DNA of 64,000 bases from a virus (taxonomy: Duplodnaviria > Heunggongvirae > Uroviricota > Caudoviricetes), in IMG/VR virus record IMGVR_UViG_3300014208_000038; one strand, given 5' to 3'. The notes beneath the pieces are model-generated. The model was given only the letters and a program-made list of their open reading frames with translations, was not told the DNA's origin and did no database searches. Of this stretch, positions 35,789-45,231 are shown one piece after another (position 1 is the first letter of the stretch; each line of letters starts with the position of its first letter). A program made the translations under genes and the position numbers.

Positions 35789-36526
35789 ATTTTTAAATTA
35801 TCACCCATTAATTTAATTGAAGAAGAGAATTTCCATAATGCGTGGGTCAAGGCGATTAAGTTTTGTGATCGTTATGGAACTCCAATAGTTTTTGGAGATA
35901 AAAAAGATCCCAAAAAAGCAAAAGATAGTTGTCAAACTATATCTTTAACCGGAAATGCAATTACTCAAATAGAGAACAAAGAAATTCACCCCAAGTTTCC
36001 ATTTAAACAGATTAACCAATATTGTAGTGAATTTACTAGAGAATATTTAGAAGAATATTTAAAAAAGCCTGATAATCAAAAATTTGCTTATTTATATTTT
36101 GATAGATTAGTTAATTATGATTGTGGAACAGAAAATGGAATTATAGATCAATTATCTGTATTAAAATATCAATTACAAAAACAGATAGAAGATAATATAA
36201 TTAATAATAGATGTCAGGCTATTACTTGGTATCCTGATGTAGATTTGAGATCTAATAGCCCGCCGTGTTTATTGTCTATTCAAGTAAGATATGTAGGAGA
36301 ACAAAAAGTAGATGTTCATTGGCATTTTCGCAGTCGAGATTTGATTTCTGCATGGCAAGCTAATGTAATTGCCTTAACAGAATGCATAAACAGAGAAGTC
36401 GTTTGGCCAAATAATTGTAGACTTGCTAGAATTATAGATTATAGCGATAGCTTGCATCTCTATAATAATATGCAAAATGTGGTAAATGAAGTTGAGTTAG
36501 TTCCTGATATTTCATTCTACCATTAA
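35789..36526 (+). CDS. divergent thymidylate-synthase (ThyA)-family pyrimidine C5-modifying enzyme; lacks an ATG start
   Basis: frame open from 35789 with no in-frame ATG before 36245; ThyA-like motifs RCQAITWYP (RxxxxSAWNP), SPPCLLSIQ (LPPCH with His to Leu), FRSRD (QRSxD), ANVIAL (FNIASY), SLHLYNN (DAHxYxNH). Confidence 0.6.
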   Translation: MFKLSPINLIEEENFHNAWVKAIKFCDRYGTPIVFGDKKDPKKAKDSCQTISLTGNAITQIENKEIHPKFPFKQINQYCSEFTREYLEEYLKKPDNQKFAYLYFDRLVNYDCGTENGIIDQLSVLKYQLQKQIEDNIINNRCQAITWYPDVDLRSNSPPCLLSIQVRYVGEQKVDVHWHFRSRDLISAWQANVIALTECINREVVWPNNCRLARIIDYSDSLHLYNNMQNVVNEVELVPDISFYH

Positions 36527-36573
36527 CTATTTATACTGAAATAAACCTAATAATTAGAGAGGAGAAGCAAAAC

Positions 36574-36774
36574 ATGGATGAGGAAAAAATTTATACAATT
36601 TCCGAACAAGGAATAGATATTGTGAATAGAAATATTCAACAGCTTACTGATTTGGTAAATATTCTTAATACAGCAATGAGTGCTGAAGGAAAGATGATAA
36701 AAGGCTTTCTAATACAAATTGTAACTAATCTTAACGCTGTAAAACCTATGATTAAAAAAGAGGAGAAAAGATAA
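36574..36774 (+). CDS. hypothetical protein
   Basis: SD agaggagaagcaaaacATG. Confidence 0.4.
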   Translation: MDEEKIYTISEQGIDIVNRNIQQLTDLVNILNTAMSAEGKMIKGFLIQIVTNLNAVKPMIKKEEKR

Positions 36775-36775
36775 A

Positions 36776-37300
36776 ATGAACTCTAACGTTTTATCCAGTG
36801 AGGAAATTAAAGAGAGAAACCTTGTAATAGGAGCAAAGGAGGAACAGTATCAAACTAATGGGGTGGATCTTACTGTTGGTGGAATTTATAAAGTTTTAGA
36901 CCTACCCTTTGGCACAAAACCAAAAGATTCTGACTATGAAAAAATTCCCATGATTCTAGAGGATGAAGATGTAGATCCTTATTGGATTGTTCCAGTAGGT
37001 ATGCCAGTTCTTATTGAAATTGGGGAAACGGTTAATTTAAATAAAGATAATGACTATTCTTTGTTTGGTTATGCAGTAGGAAGATCCTCTATGCACCGCA
37101 TTGGTGTTATGGTGTATGGAAGTTACTGGGATAATGGTTATGTGGGAAAAGGGAAGCTATTAGTGGTTCCAATGGCACAGGATCTTCTTATTAAAAAAGG
37201 GGATAGGTTTGCACAAATAGCATTTTGGCCTGCTAATCAATCAAATAAGAATTATAATGGAACTTATCAAAAAGAAGGTTTAAAAAATGAATACAAATGA
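36776..37300 (+). CDS. dCTP deaminase/dUTPase-family protein
   Basis: GYAVGRSSMHRIGV (R-S-S...G motif of the dUTPase fold) and flanking beta-rich pattern. Confidence 0.65.
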   Translation: MNSNVLSSEEIKERNLVIGAKEEQYQTNGVDLTVGGIYKVLDLPFGTKPKDSDYEKIPMILEDEDVDPYWIVPVGMPVLIEIGETVNLNKDNDYSLFGYAVGRSSMHRIGVMVYGSYWDNGYVGKGKLLVVPMAQDLLIKKGDRFAQIAFWPANQSNKNYNGTYQKEGLKNEYK

Positions 37301-37538
37301 TGGCTTTTTTAAAAAGTATCAAGTTTTTAAGGACGGAGTAGAAGTAAAAGATCATATTTTTGTTCTTAATTTAGATACGGATGAAGCGGCTAGAAGGGTA
37401 GTACTCTCTTATGCTAATTTCATAGGAAACAAAAGGTTATATAATGATTTGAAGAATTTTTATAAAATAAATAATTATAAATATTCTTATATAAATGTTA
37501 TTAAAAATGCATTCAGGAGATTGAAAGAAAATGCCTAA
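37287..37538 (+). CDS. hypothetical protein
   Basis: 83-aa ORF. Confidence 0.35.
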   Translation: MNTNDGFFKKYQVFKDGVEVKDHIFVLNLDTDEAARRVVLSYANFIGNKRLYNDLKNFYKINNYKYSYINVIKNAFRRLKENA

Positions 37539-37797
37539 GATTAATGGAAATAACAAGATTGTAGTTCCACCAGAAATTGTGGAAAGAATGAATGGTCATC
37601 CCGGAGATGAGGTAATTTTTATTGAGGAAATTGATCCTTTTTATCCTGGGGACAATACACTAAAAACTAGTAGAACATATAGATTAAACATTATGTTAAA
37701 ATCTGTTTGGGATGAAGAGTGTAAAAAGATTGCCCAAGGGAAAGATTCTTTTATAGCAGCAAAAATTTTAGATGAGGAGGAGCTTCTTAATGACTGA
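37531..37797 (+). CDS. hypothetical protein
   Basis: 88-aa ORF. Confidence 0.35.
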   Translation: MPKINGNNKIVVPPEIVERMNGHPGDEVIFIEEIDPFYPGDNTLKTSRTYRLNIMLKSVWDEECKKIAQGKDSFIAAKILDEEELLND

Positions 37798-38119
37798 ACT
37801 AAAATTTAATAATTTTATTTTTAATGATGAAATGAATTATACAGTAAGACTTGGAAGACACTATTATGATGATTTGAGTCCAGGTAAGAATATTTTATTA
37901 GTTGGCCTACAAGAAAATCAACGAATTAAAGCTCATATTAAAGAACTTATTAGGTGCAATTTTGAAGGTATTGCTCCATATGTTTATAAAGATGAGCATG
38001 ATCCATTATGTCAAGATAGAGAGGGATTAATTAAAGCTATGCAAACTTCTTATGGAAAAGAGTTTGATGTAGATAAAAATCCTGAAGTAACTTGTATTGG
38101 TTTTGTTCTAGTTAATTAA
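37772..38119 (+). CDS. hypothetical protein
   Basis: 115-aa ORF. Confidence 0.35.
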   Translation: MRRSFLMTELKFNNFIFNDEMNYTVRLGRHYYDDLSPGKNILLVGLQENQRIKAHIKELIRCNFEGIAPYVYKDEHDPLCQDREGLIKAMQTSYGKEFDVDKNPEVTCIGFVLVN

Positions 38120-38133
38120 AGGAGTGAGATAAG

Positions 38134-38370
38134 ATGTCTCACTCCAAAAGTCCAAAAAAAAAGAAGAGATCTCCTAATTTAAAAGTTGCTCCACCAAAAG
38201 AAAAAAGATATTGTCTAATTTGTGATAATGATACTATATGGAAATATGATAGAAATGTGGGGCATGGAAGATGTACCGAATGTGGGAGTCTCAGTTTATA
38301 TAGTGGAATAAATAAAGAGGATGTACTATCAAAATTAGAATTACATAAAAAAGGATTTAATTTTTTATAA
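38134..38370 (+). CDS. basic zinc-ribbon protein
   Basis: CLICDN...CTECG; Lys-rich N-terminus; SD aaggagtgagataagATG. Confidence 0.4.
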   Translation: MSHSKSPKKKKRSPNLKVAPPKEKRYCLICDNDTIWKYDRNVGHGRCTECGSLSLYSGINKEDVLSKLELHKKGFNFL

Positions 38371-38575
38371 TTATGTTCTCAATGTGGCATGATAGTTCTT
38401 AAAGATCTTTCAGTTAAGGTTCATAAATGCCCTTACTGTAAGCTAGAACTAGATCGAGATCATAATGCCGCGCTTAATATACTAAGATTGGGATTACAAT
38501 CTTTGGGTAGTATAATCTATTCTTTGAATGGGTAAATCCCTAGAAGCTCCGCCCTTCAGGACGGGGAGTAGTCAC
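38371..38575 (+). pseudogene. relic of an IS200/IS605 element: TnpB C-terminal fragment plus right-end sequence
   Basis: translation MCSQCGMIVLKDLSVKVHKCPYCKLELDRDHNAALNIL parallels the intact TnpB C-terminus ([37 protein letters not shown]); followed by ...CCGCCCTTCAGGACGGGGAGTAGTCAC matching the IS right end ...GTGCCCTTCAGGACGCGGTAGTTCAC; AT-ameliorated. Confidence 0.8.
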
Positions 38576-38591
38576 AGGAGGAATTTAAGAT

Positions 38592-38957
38592 ATGGAATTT
38601 AAATATAAAATGGCAATAGTTATAAGAAAAGATTTAGAAATGTCTCCTGGAAAACTTGCAGGACAATGTGCTCATGCTGCCTGTGGATGTTTGAGGGCAC
38701 CCATAGGACCAGAAAAATCAAAATATATAGAGGAATGGTTTGAAGAAGGTCAAGTGAAAGTAATTTTGCAAGTAGAAAAACAAGCAGATTTACATATGTT
38801 AGCTTCTAAATGTTTATTAGAAGAAGTACCTTATTATTGTGTTAGAGACTTTGGACTTACAGAATTGGAACCTAATACGCTTACTTGTGTAGGAATTGGT
38901 CCAGATCTCAAAAAGAATGTAGATAAAATTACGGGAAATCTTAAACTATATAGGTGA
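38592..38957 (+). CDS. pth2: peptidyl-tRNA hydrolase, PTH2 (archaeal/eukaryotic type)
   Basis: MAIVIRKDLEMSPGKLAGQCAHAA matches the PTH2 signature (V.R.DL.M..GK.AAQ.AHA); about 120 aa; SD ggaggaatttaagatATG. Confidence 0.8.
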   Translation: MEFKYKMAIVIRKDLEMSPGKLAGQCAHAACGCLRAPIGPEKSKYIEEWFEEGQVKVILQVEKQADLHMLASKCLLEEVPYYCVRDFGLTELEPNTLTCVGIGPDLKKNVDKITGNLKLYR

Positions 38958-38964
38958 TTCTTTT

Positions 38965-39156
38965 ATGAAGGTAAGCACAGAACTTCAAAATTGTAGCCTA
39001 GAAATTAAATATATAGGAACTCCACTTAATATAGCTTTTCAAGAACTGTTTGATACTATAATGAGATTAAGCAATTCTTTTAAAAAAGAGCTTGCGGAGG
39101 GTCTTAAAGAGGCTTCTAAAGTTTTAAAATCTTTTTCGGAGCAATTAGAAAAATGA
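38965..39156 (+). CDS. hypothetical protein
   Basis: 63-aa ORF. Confidence 0.35.
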   Translation: MKVSTELQNCSLEIKYIGTPLNIAFQELFDTIMRLSNSFKKELAEGLKEASKVLKSFSEQLEK

Positions 39157-39282
39157 GATATCTTTTCTTAAGTTTATTTTTTTTGGGTTTTGCTTTTAAT
39201 ATTTTTAAGTTGGTTTTTGAGCATCAGTTTTATATTCTAGTAATTACTAGTATGGTATTGTTAATAAAGAGGTGGATTAAAG

Positions 39283-39519
39283 ATGGCAATATGGTTTAGT
39301 AGAATAGAACAGTCAATAGTAGATTTTGCTTTTACGAGAATAATAACTGGTAGACCAGTGTTTTATGCCAGAGATCTTGAGAATTTTGTGCGATCTCGAC
39401 ATCCAGATATTGCTCCAACTACTCCATGTAGAATAATGAGGCAACTCCGGCTTAAGAATCACCTGGGATATAAAGTTTTAAACAGGAACGAATCTTTGTA
39501 TCAAATGAAGTGGGTATGA
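39283..39519 (+). CDS. hypothetical protein (possible small DNA-binding protein)
   Basis: 78-aa basic ORF. Confidence 0.35.
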   Translation: MAIWFSRIEQSIVDFAFTRIITGRPVFYARDLENFVRSRHPDIAPTTPCRIMRQLRLKNHLGYKVLNRNESLYQMKWV

Positions 39520-39667
39520 GGTATGATTGAAGAAAGGAGAGAATATTATAGAAACAGATATTTTTTAAAAAAGAAAGCAATTCGAGAAGTTCAAGAAAAA
39601 TTAATAAATGAAGAAAATGAAGATTTAGAAAGAATGGCTGAAATTTTATTTAAGGAGGATAAGTAAA

Positions 39668-39862
39668 ATGGATGAGAAACAAAAAGTTTTTGTCTACGGT
39701 CTTAGGACTGTAATAAGACAAAAAATCAAGAAAACTGGGGATACAGTTAATAAAGGACAGTTAAGAACAATAGATACAGTTATTGATGGACTTAATATTA
39801 TAGAAGATATGAGTTTAGAAGAGGTTCAAAAATTAATGAAGAAAATGGAAGGTGAGATTTGA
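39668..39862 (+). CDS. hypothetical protein
   Basis: SD aaggaggataagtaaaATG. Confidence 0.4.
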   Translation: MDEKQKVFVYGLRTVIRQKIKKTGDTVNKGQLRTIDTVIDGLNIIEDMSLEEVQKLMKKMEGEI

Positions 39863-40896
39863 TGGAGCAAAATCAAAAATCTAGGCATCTAGCCTCTGTT
39901 CAACAAATTGTAGATATTCAACCTATTGAAAATGCTGATTCTATTGAACTAGCTCGTGTATTAGGTTGGAATGTAGTAATTAAAAAAGGACAATTTAAAG
40001 TGGGAGATCCTATAGTATATTTTGAAATTGATAGTGTCCTCCCCAAAATTCCTGATTTTGAGTTTCTTAAAGATAAGCATTACAAAGTAAAAACTTGTCG
40101 TCTACGTGGAGCTATTTCCCAGGGGCTATGTACTCCATTAAGTATTCTGCCCGAAGGACATTATGATCTTGGAGATGATGTAACAGAGATTCTTGGAGTA
40201 ACTAAATACGAGAAGCCTATTCCTGTTCAGTTGAGAGGGAGAGTTCGAGGTAATTTTCCAAGAGGGATACCTAAAACAGAAGAGCTGCGGGTTCAATCTA
40301 TTCCACATATAGTAAGTAAATATCAAGGATATACGTTTACTCTAACTGAAAAATTAAATGGTACTTCTGCTACGTATTTTTTGGATGAAGAGACTGGATT
40401 ACATTGTTGCAGCAGAAATTTAGATTTACATCCAGAGACGGTACACAAATTCAATGGAACTGCGTATTGGTTTTTGGCTGAGAAACTAAATATTGAAGAA
40501 ATTATTAAAACATTAGGTAAAAATATCGTGATCCAAGGAGAAATCATTGGCAATGGAATTAATGGAAATCAATATAAATTGAATGATCTTCAACTAAAGA
40601 TATTTAATTTATATGATAAAGAAAACCATGTATATCTGGATCAACAAGTAATGAATGATATCATAGAAGGTCTTGGATTTTCTAAAGATTTTTTTGTCCC
40701 GTATCTTGGACAGATTACGTTGGATCAGAATGTAGATCAAATTGTGGAAATGGCTTATGGAAGATCTGTAATTAATCCAGATGTAATTCGGGAAGGCTTA
40801 GTTTTCCGAGCCAGTCCAGAGATTATAGATCCATTTGTGGGCAGAGTAAGCTGGAAATGTATCTCTCCGAGCTTTAACCTAGAGTTCAAAGAATAA
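39859..40896 (+). CDS. RNA ligase-like nucleotidyltransferase (Rnl2-like family) with N-terminal extension
   Basis: motif I-like TEKLNGTSATYF (K-x-N-G in place of K-x-D/H-G), downstream EGxV and K-rich motif V-like regions; 345 aa. Confidence 0.5.
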   Translation: MMEQNQKSRHLASVQQIVDIQPIENADSIELARVLGWNVVIKKGQFKVGDPIVYFEIDSVLPKIPDFEFLKDKHYKVKTCRLRGAISQGLCTPLSILPEGHYDLGDDVTEILGVTKYEKPIPVQLRGRVRGNFPRGIPKTEELRVQSIPHIVSKYQGYTFTLTEKLNGTSATYFLDEETGLHCCSRNLDLHPETVHKFNGTAYWFLAEKLNIEEIIKTLGKNIVIQGEIIGNGINGNQYKLNDLQLKIFNLYDKENHVYLDQQVMNDIIEGLGFSKDFFVPYLGQITLDQNVDQIVEMAYGRSVINPDVIREGLVFRASPEIIDPFVGRVSWKCISPSFNLEFKE

Positions 40897-40908
40897 GGAG
40901 TTTTCATA

Positions 40909-41253
40909 ATGAGATTCAAAGATGCAAAAGCTAAAATTAGCCGACTTGAAAGGCAAAATTTTTTGTTGCAAAAACGAATAAATGATTCTGTTAAGAATAT
41001 TTCTAAAGAGAAAACATATGATTTTAATTTATTAGAAATTATAGTTCGACCAAGAAGAGAACTTTTATTTCCGTATGATATTTGTACTGTAGACCTTCAA
41101 GTTATAGGTGCTCCAGAGATTCAAGTTCCTACTATACGATCTACAAAGAAGATTACGCAAGCCTCTATTCATTTTGTAAAAGAACATAGAGAAGAATTTA
41201 TAAGAAAAATAGGAGAAATTCTAGCAAGAGAAATTTTAGAAATTTCATATTAA
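40909..41253 (+). CDS. hypothetical protein
   Basis: 114-aa ORF. Confidence 0.4.
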   Translation: MRFKDAKAKISRLERQNFLLQKRINDSVKNISKEKTYDFNLLEIIVRPRRELLFPYDICTVDLQVIGAPEIQVPTIRSTKKITQASIHFVKEHREEFIRKIGEILAREILEISY

Positions 41254-41354
41254 AAATTACATAATTATGCTTAAAGAAGAAAAACTTTATACAATAACTT
41301 ATAATAGATTAGATAAATATATAGAATGGGCTCAAAATAAAGAGAGGTGAAAAT

Positions 41355-41555
41355 ATGCCGGAACCTTGGACTATTATTTTTTGTATATTGGTTTGGATGT
41401 ATATTGGTCATAGATGGAGCAGATTAATTTTAAGAAGAAATATCCTTATTAAAAAGCATAAAAAATTTCAATCAAAAAGAAAATGTTCTGGTTTTTTTTA
41501 TAAAAATCAGAAATGTTTAGCTCAAAAAGGTGGGAAAATTAATAAGAGGATTTAA
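41355..41555 (+). CDS. small basic membrane-anchored protein
   Basis: N-terminal TM + Lys/Arg-rich tail. Confidence 0.35.
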   Translation: MPEPWTIIFCILVWMYIGHRWSRLILRRNILIKKHKKFQSKRKCSGFFYKNQKCLAQKGGKINKRI

Positions 41556-41560
41556 TAAAA

Positions 41561-41743
41561 ATGTCACAAATGTATGAGAGACTTGGACTGTCAGCAGAAA
41601 CGGCAGATGAAATATTTGGAAAGTTAACTGAGATAAGAGATCAGGGCGATCGTTTTAAGTTTGCATTATTAACATATAAAGAAGGTGGAAAAAGAGATTA
41701 TGCAATGTATTTATTGGCCATATTAGACTACGGAGGAATCTAA
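41561..41743 (+). CDS. hypothetical protein
   Basis: 60-aa ORF. Confidence 0.3.
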   Translation: MSQMYERLGLSAETADEIFGKLTEIRDQGDRFKFALLTYKEGGKRDYAMYLLAILDYGGI

Positions 41744-42166
41744 GTGGAAAAATTATATACAATAACCTGTAATCGTAGACAATTGGATCTCATTAGTAGA
41801 GCCTGCGATTTGATGTCGAGATTGCAATGTTGTCAATTTGATCATGTGGCAAATGTAGTTCAACCAAGAGATTTTGGAGTAGAGAATAAAGATTTTAGTA
41901 GATTGCATTATTTTCAAAATGACCTTCTAGAACTTAAAGGTTATTTTAATTTGGGAGAAAATGCTAGTCATGGAATTTATTCAAGAGAAGTTAATAATTC
42001 TGCAAGAACTTTGTGGGATATGCACCAGGTAATAAGAAACAAAATAGCATATGAAGAAAATCCCGAAGTAACTCCTGAGAATCGATGGGAGAAGAGGAAG
42101 ATTACAATTAATTTCGATGAGCCTCGCCAAAGTGATAAAGAAAATAAATTGATTAAAGTGGAGTAA
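41744..42166 (+). CDS. hypothetical protein
   Basis: 140-aa ORF. Confidence 0.4.
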   Translation: MEKLYTITCNRRQLDLISRACDLMSRLQCCQFDHVANVVQPRDFGVENKDFSRLHYFQNDLLELKGYFNLGENASHGIYSREVNNSARTLWDMHQVIRNKIAYEENPEVTPENRWEKRKITINFDEPRQSDKENKLIKVE

Positions 42167-42264
42167 TATCTATGCCTATGTATTTTTGAGATTCTTTATG
42201 GAGATGGAAAGAAATCAAGAAAAATAAATATAATAAAAAAAGAAATTTATACAGGTATGATCCT

Positions 42265-42609
42265 ATGAAATTTGAGAAATTTAATGACGACCTTTGGATT
42301 GCAAAAGGTAAAATATTTGTTGCTATTTTACAAAAAGATTATACCTCTTATACTATTTTTAACAATATGGATGAAGTTTTGACTTTTAAATTAACTATAA
42401 GAAAAATTAACGGAGAATATAAAGAGGAATTTGGATTTTTCCTCGATGAAGAAACGGTTTTAAATAGCAATAGAGATGGAAAATATATTTTAGAACATAT
42501 ACAAAAAATATATATTCCAATAAGTGTAATAGATCGAAAAATTTATAATGCTTTTTCTGAAGTTATAGTTAGAGCAGAAAAACTTATTGATGCATTAGGA
42601 TATGATTGA
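42265..42609 (+). CDS. hypothetical protein
   Basis: 114-aa ORF. Confidence 0.4.
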   Translation: MKFEKFNDDLWIAKGKIFVAILQKDYTSYTIFNNMDEVLTFKLTIRKINGEYKEEFGFFLDEETVLNSNRDGKYILEHIQKIYIPISVIDRKIYNAFSEVIVRAEKLIDALGYD

Positions 42610-42865
42610 TATGGCTTGTTTTGGAACTTGTTTGGATTATGTGAGGGAACTTAAAGATGGTAGAAAGCTTGGAATGACTGATGAACAAATTGAAGCTAAA
42701 TATAATAGAGAATGGGGGCATTTAATAAAAAAGTCAAAAGAAGAAAGAATAAAAACTGGGATGATTATTTAAATTTTTTAATTATTTTTCAATTCTATTT
42801 TCTATTTAGATTTAATACCGAAAGCTTTAATAAGTTAGGTTCCTTTTAGAATATAGAGGAATTTT

Positions 42866-43360
42866 ATGATTTTTAAGTGTGGTGGTATTTCTGATTCTAC
42901 TATAGATGGGATTGGTATGTCTTTAGATATATTCTTTCAAGGATGTTCTAAAGGATGTAAGGGATGCCAAAATCCAGAATTGCAAGATAAGTTTAAAGGA
43001 GATTTTATAGATATTGACTTTATCATGGAACAACTAGAAAAATATTCTGGATTTTATCAATCCCTAGTTTTTGTAGGAGGGGAACCACTTGAACAAATAG
43101 ATCCATTATTGTATTTAATTTGTCTTGCCAAAGAATTTAAATTATATACAGTTTTATATACAGGTAATATATATAAAAATATTCATCCTGATATAAGAAG
43201 AACTTGTGATATTATTGTTGATGGGGATTATAGAGAAGATTTAAAAACTGGTGGGTTTCCGGCTTCGAGTAATCAAAATATTTATATTTATGGTAAAAAA
43301 ATTGAATTAAATAATAACTATAACAAAAGTTTAATGGAGATATTTAATAATGAGAATTGA
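42866..43360 (+). CDS. nrdG: anaerobic ribonucleotide reductase activating protein (radical SAM, NrdG-like)
   Basis: FFQGCSKGCKGCQNP Cys cluster of NrdG-type activases; small size; immediately upstream of and overlapping nrdD. Confidence 0.75.
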   Translation: MIFKCGGISDSTIDGIGMSLDIFFQGCSKGCKGCQNPELQDKFKGDFIDIDFIMEQLEKYSGFYQSLVFVGGEPLEQIDPLLYLICLAKEFKLYTVLYTGNIYKNIHPDIRRTCDIIVDGDYREDLKTGGFPASSNQNIYIYGKKIELNNNYNKSLMEIFNNEN

Positions 43361-45230
43361 AACAACTTTTTCAAACGAGTTTGATGAATGGTATAATAAG
43401 ATTATGAAAGCAAATTTGGGACCAGAATTTTTAGATATAGAAGGAATTTCTAGGCGTTGTATTGATGTAGGATTAATGTCTCATTCCTATTTTACTAAAA
43501 ATTTTACGGACGAAACAATAGATAGTAATGCTAATACGGGAGAATCAATCTCACCAAATAATTATGGTAGTGAAATTGTAAAAGGAGTTCAAAAACTTGA
43601 GGGTTTTTATTTACTTCATAGATATGCTTCAAGAAGATATGGATTGGAAAAGGCAAATAGATTATTAAATGCAATTGTGCGCGGCGACCTCTATTTTCAC
43701 GATTCTAGCGGTCCTGGGATTCAAGAGGTATATTGTACTTCAGTTAGTACTTATCCTATAATGACAGAGGGCAGAAAATATGGCCCCCTCCATAGTCTTC
43801 CTCCCAAGAGAGCTGATTCTTTTATTGCTCAATGTATTGAGTTCACAATGGATCTATCGCAGCAATTCGCAGGTGCAGTAGCTCTTGGAGATTTATTTAT
43901 TAACTACGCTTATTACAGTAGAAAGGAAAATTTATCTGATAAAATTATATTAAATGATTTCCAAAAGTTCGTACATGTAGTCAATAATACATTCAGGGTG
44001 TCCGAACAGAGCCCATTTTCCAACCTTAGTATCTTTGATATACCTAATTTAGAAAAAGTTTTTGGAGACTATAAATATCCAGATGGTTCTTCTCCAGATT
44101 TTGAATATATTATGAATATTCAAAAGTTATTCTGTGAATGGTTTTCTCACGGAGATCCAAAAAGCGGCTTCCCATATCGTTTTCCCATCATCACAATGAA
44201 TCTTCTTTGTGACAAAGATAAGAATATTTTAGATACTGATTTTCTAGACTTTATCTCAAAAGTTAATTTGGAAAAAGCTTGCTTTAATATTTATATAAAT
44301 TCTGGGGAAAAGATTGCATCCTGTTGTAGAATGATAAATGACAAAAAAAGAATGCAATTTAAAGTGGATACTTTTGGAAATGGTGGAATGAATGTAGGTA
44401 GTGTAAGAGTTGTTACAATAAACCCTGTAAGAATTGCTATTAAATCGAATGGCGACCAAACAATTTTCTTCCAAAAATTACAACAACAATTAGAAAATGC
44501 AAGAGATCTTCTTATAGTACATAGAGAGGACATTATAAAAAGGCGTATTGATGCCGGATTTTTAAAATTCTTTAAGCCTTTAAATTGGTTGAATTTGAAA
44601 AGATATTTTAGCACGTTTGGAATAGTTGGAATTTATGAGATGAATAAAACAATGGGTTATGATATAACTTCAGAAGATGGAATCAAATTTACCGCAGAAG
44701 TCTTAAAATATATTGAAGATTTTGCCATAAAGTCAAGTAATGAACTTGGATTTTCCTTCAATGTTGAGGAAATACCAGCAGAATCTGCGGCTAGTAAACT
44801 TGCTCAAAAAGATAGGCTTCTGTTTGGTAAAAACAAAATTCCTTTTGAATCATACTCAAATCAGTATGTTCCTCTTATTGAACAGGCGTCAATTCCCGAA
44901 CGTATAATTACTACTGGTAAATTTATGGAGATACTTTCTGGTGGGGGTATTTTACACCTAAATATTGCAGAACAAATTAAAGATCCAGAAGTTATGAAGC
45001 ACTTAATTGAATATAGTGTAAAACACGGAGTTAGTCACCTAGCAGTAAACTACGGATTTGGGCAGTGTAAAAATAGGCATACAACTATTTGTGGAAATAA
45101 TCCAAAGTGTTCTATATGTGGGTCTAAAATTGATACTTATGTGACAAGAATCGTAGGCTACCAGGCCCGCGTGTCAAATTTTTCTAAAGTAAGAAGAGAA
45201 TATGAGTTTCCTCGGAGGGTATTCAATTAA
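43350..45230 (+). CDS. nrdD: class III anaerobic ribonucleoside-triphosphate reductase (NrdD)
   Basis: N-terminal ATP-cone-like region, C-terminal Zn ribbon CKNRHTTICG...CSICGS and glycyl-radical motif TRIVGYQARV. Confidence 0.85.
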   Translation: MRIETTFSNEFDEWYNKIMKANLGPEFLDIEGISRRCIDVGLMSHSYFTKNFTDETIDSNANTGESISPNNYGSEIVKGVQKLEGFYLLHRYASRRYGLEKANRLLNAIVRGDLYFHDSSGPGIQEVYCTSVSTYPIMTEGRKYGPLHSLPPKRADSFIAQCIEFTMDLSQQFAGAVALGDLFINYAYYSRKENLSDKIILNDFQKFVHVVNNTFRVSEQSPFSNLSIFDIPNLEKVFGDYKYPDGSSPDFEYIMNIQKLFCEWFSHGDPKSGFPYRFPIITMNLLCDKDKNILDTDFLDFISKVNLEKACFNIYINSGEKIASCCRMINDKKRMQFKVDTFGNGGMNVGSVRVVTINPVRIAIKSNGDQTIFFQKLQQQLENARDLLIVHREDIIKRRIDAGFLKFFKPLNWLNLKRYFSTFGIVGIYEMNKTMGYDITSEDGIKFTAEVLKYIEDFAIKSSNELGFSFNVEEIPAESAASKLAQKDRLLFGKNKIPFESYSNQYVPLIEQASIPERIITTGKFMEILSGGGILHLNIAEQIKDPEVMKHLIEYSVKHGVSHLAVNYGFGQCKNRHTTICGNNPKCSICGSKIDTYVTRIVGYQARVSNFSKVRREYEFPRRVFN

Positions 45231-45231
45231 T

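Noticed and set aside
44256-44614. Minus-strand ORFs inside nrdD
   Set aside because: Antisense to a confidently identified NrdD; no independent signals.
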